A stretch of DNA of 62,529 nt, the filler included, from Asterionella formosa (taxonomy: Eukaryota): the NCBI GenBank assembly GCA_002256025.1. It is 23 parts of 23 records of this genome, joined end to end, with 100 filler letters (N's around TTAATTAATTAA, not from the genome) between each part and the next. Parts side by side here need not be neighbours in the genome. Positions count along the whole stretch, not along the records: positions 59,913 to 62,529 come from NKIB01015045.1; 22 more parts are not named here. One strand, written 5' to 3'. The stretch's first letter is position 1. Each line of letters starts with the position of its first letter. Made by a program: the position numbers and the translations under genes. The notes under the pieces were generated by a model. It had not been told where the DNA came from. It searched no databases and worked only from the letters and a program-made list of their open reading frames with translations. This document shows positions 60,985 to 62,529 of this stretch, piece after piece.

Positions 60985-61975
60985 GCATGTCTCTGCAGTG
61001 AATCGAAATTGAGATGTGCCACAATGGCCTTCTCCGTTTCGGAGCAGCTACAAATAGTCTACAGCGATAACTCTAGCAAGTACAATATAGAAAAAGAAGG
61101 AAAGGATGAGTAGCTGACAAGAATTGAATCCGTTAATTCGTTCAGAAACAGCTGTTGCATATTTTTTAACCTTGCATGTCGCCGTAGTGAGTCAAAATTG
61201 AGATGTGCTGCAATGGCCTTCTCCGTTACGGAGCAGCTACAAATAGTCTACAGCGATAACTTTAGCAAGTACAATATAGAAAAAGAAGGAAAGGATGAGT
61301 AGCTGACAACAATTTAATACGTAAATTCGTTAAGAAACAGCTGTTGCATATTTTAACCTTGCATGTCGCCGTAGTGAGTCAAAATTGAGATGTGCCACAA
61401 TGGCATTCTCCGTTACGGAGCAGCTACAAATAGTCTACAGCGATAACTTTAGCAAGTACAATATAGAAAAAGAACCAGAGGATGAGTAGCTGACAACAAT
61501 TTAATTCGTAAATTCGTTAAGAAACAGCTGTTCATATTTTTAATATTCAATGCATGTTGCCATAGTGAGTCAAAATTGAGATGTGCCGCCTGTAGTGAAT
61601 CGAAATTGAGATGTGCCACAATGGCCTTCTCCGTTTCGGAGCAGCTACAAATAGTTAACTGTAGCAAGTACAATATAGGAAAAGAATGAAAGGATGAGTA
61701 GCTGACAACAATTGAATCCGTAAATTATGTGCCGCAATGGCCACTTCCTTTTTGGAGCAGCTACAAATAGTCTACAGCGATAACTCTAACAAGTACAATA
61801 TGGAAAAAGAAGGAAAGGATGAGTAGCTGACAACAATTGAATCCGTAAATTCGTTTTGAAACAGCTGCTGCATATTTTAACATTCAATGCATGTTGCCGT
61901 AGTGCTTCGAAATTGAGATTTGCCGCAATGGCATTCTTCTTTTCGGAGCAGTAGCTGTCAACAATTGAATAAGTA
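60985..61975 (+). repeat. ~188-bp tandem satellite, about 5 units with deletions
   Basis: gtga.tc.aaattgagatgtgc at ~60998, 61186, 61374, 61565/61595 and 61901. Confidence 0.92.
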
Positions 61976-62061
61976 AATCAGTAATATTAGTAATAATTTT
62001 GGTTCCAAGTTCATTTGCCCTTTGACAATAGTCATTTCGTCAAAATTGAAATTCATTTTCA

Positions 62062-62529
62062 CTAAACTGGAGTGAAGTTCAATTGTCTTGCAACTTCTTT
62101 CATTGACCGTTTGAAATACTCATACTCACTCCTAGTTTCATTTTCCACCTTGATTCTTTCATCTGTCGTCTCCACTGATTCTTCGTCTAATTTGCTTTTC
62201 TTGAACCTGTAAAAGTACCTGTGCAACTTTGCGTAGATATTCTTCTTAGCCACTTTGTATTTCCTCTCGCCCTTTGCTGCAACCTCCTCGAATTTTTTAA
62301 TGTAGCTCTCATCATTCATCATCCCTTATTTAATTTCATTTCCAAAAAGGTCTGGGGGTGCAATGTTCTGATCAATACAAGCCTTATAAATTTCATTCTT
62401 TTTCTTCATCCGAAGCTCCACATACATCTTTTTCTTCATCTCTTGGAAGTACCAATCTGTGGCACCCTTGACTTGGTCTGGGGGAAAGTGAATAATCACG
62501 TTCAAACTCTTTGTACTCTTTGAACTCTT
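62062..62529 (-). pseudogene. Charged, K/E-rich unknown reading frame with one internal stop
   Basis: EFKEYKEFERDY...NEIK*GMMNDESYIKKF...FTPV* in a single frame. Confidence 0.3.

Overview
This is not a contiguous locus. It is 23 unrelated contigs of about 2.6 kb each, joined by 22 artificial 100-nt spacers (44 N + TTAATTAATTAA + 44 N, stops in all six frames), so adjacency across a spacer has no biological meaning. The content is eukaryotic nuclear DNA, very likely from a diatom: GT-AG introns, a DUF6824-like protein, a diatom-type PGRL1 and CoDi-like Copia elements. Recognisable host genes are NAA10/ARD1 (2 exons), nucleoside diphosphate kinase (2 exons), THOC1/HPR1, a PGRL1 fragment, an RI-like LRR array, a coiled-coil protein and several hypothetical proteins. 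Most of the window is transposon debris: several Copia fragments (two copies of one family with recognisable LTRs), a Gypsy-like gag, a DIRS/Ngaro-like tyrosine-recombinase retroelement, an internally deleted Harbinger, pogo-like and Plavaka-like transposases, TA-flanked MITEs, and satellites. The most interesting observations are: (i) a PGRL1 fragment fused where a multicopy element's own gene normally starts; (ii) very abundant TACCGGTA/TACC(A/T)GGTA motifs that match predicted excision footprints of TA-targeting MITEs found in the same window; (iii) an 84-bp LRR array that varies mostly at solvent-exposed codons; (iv) a tRNA-like Pol III head (possible SINE); (v) a 2OG-Fe(II) oxygenase-like ORF. 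No complete novel multi-gene system can be demonstrated from these short fragments. Family calls are from recalled motifs, not database searches.
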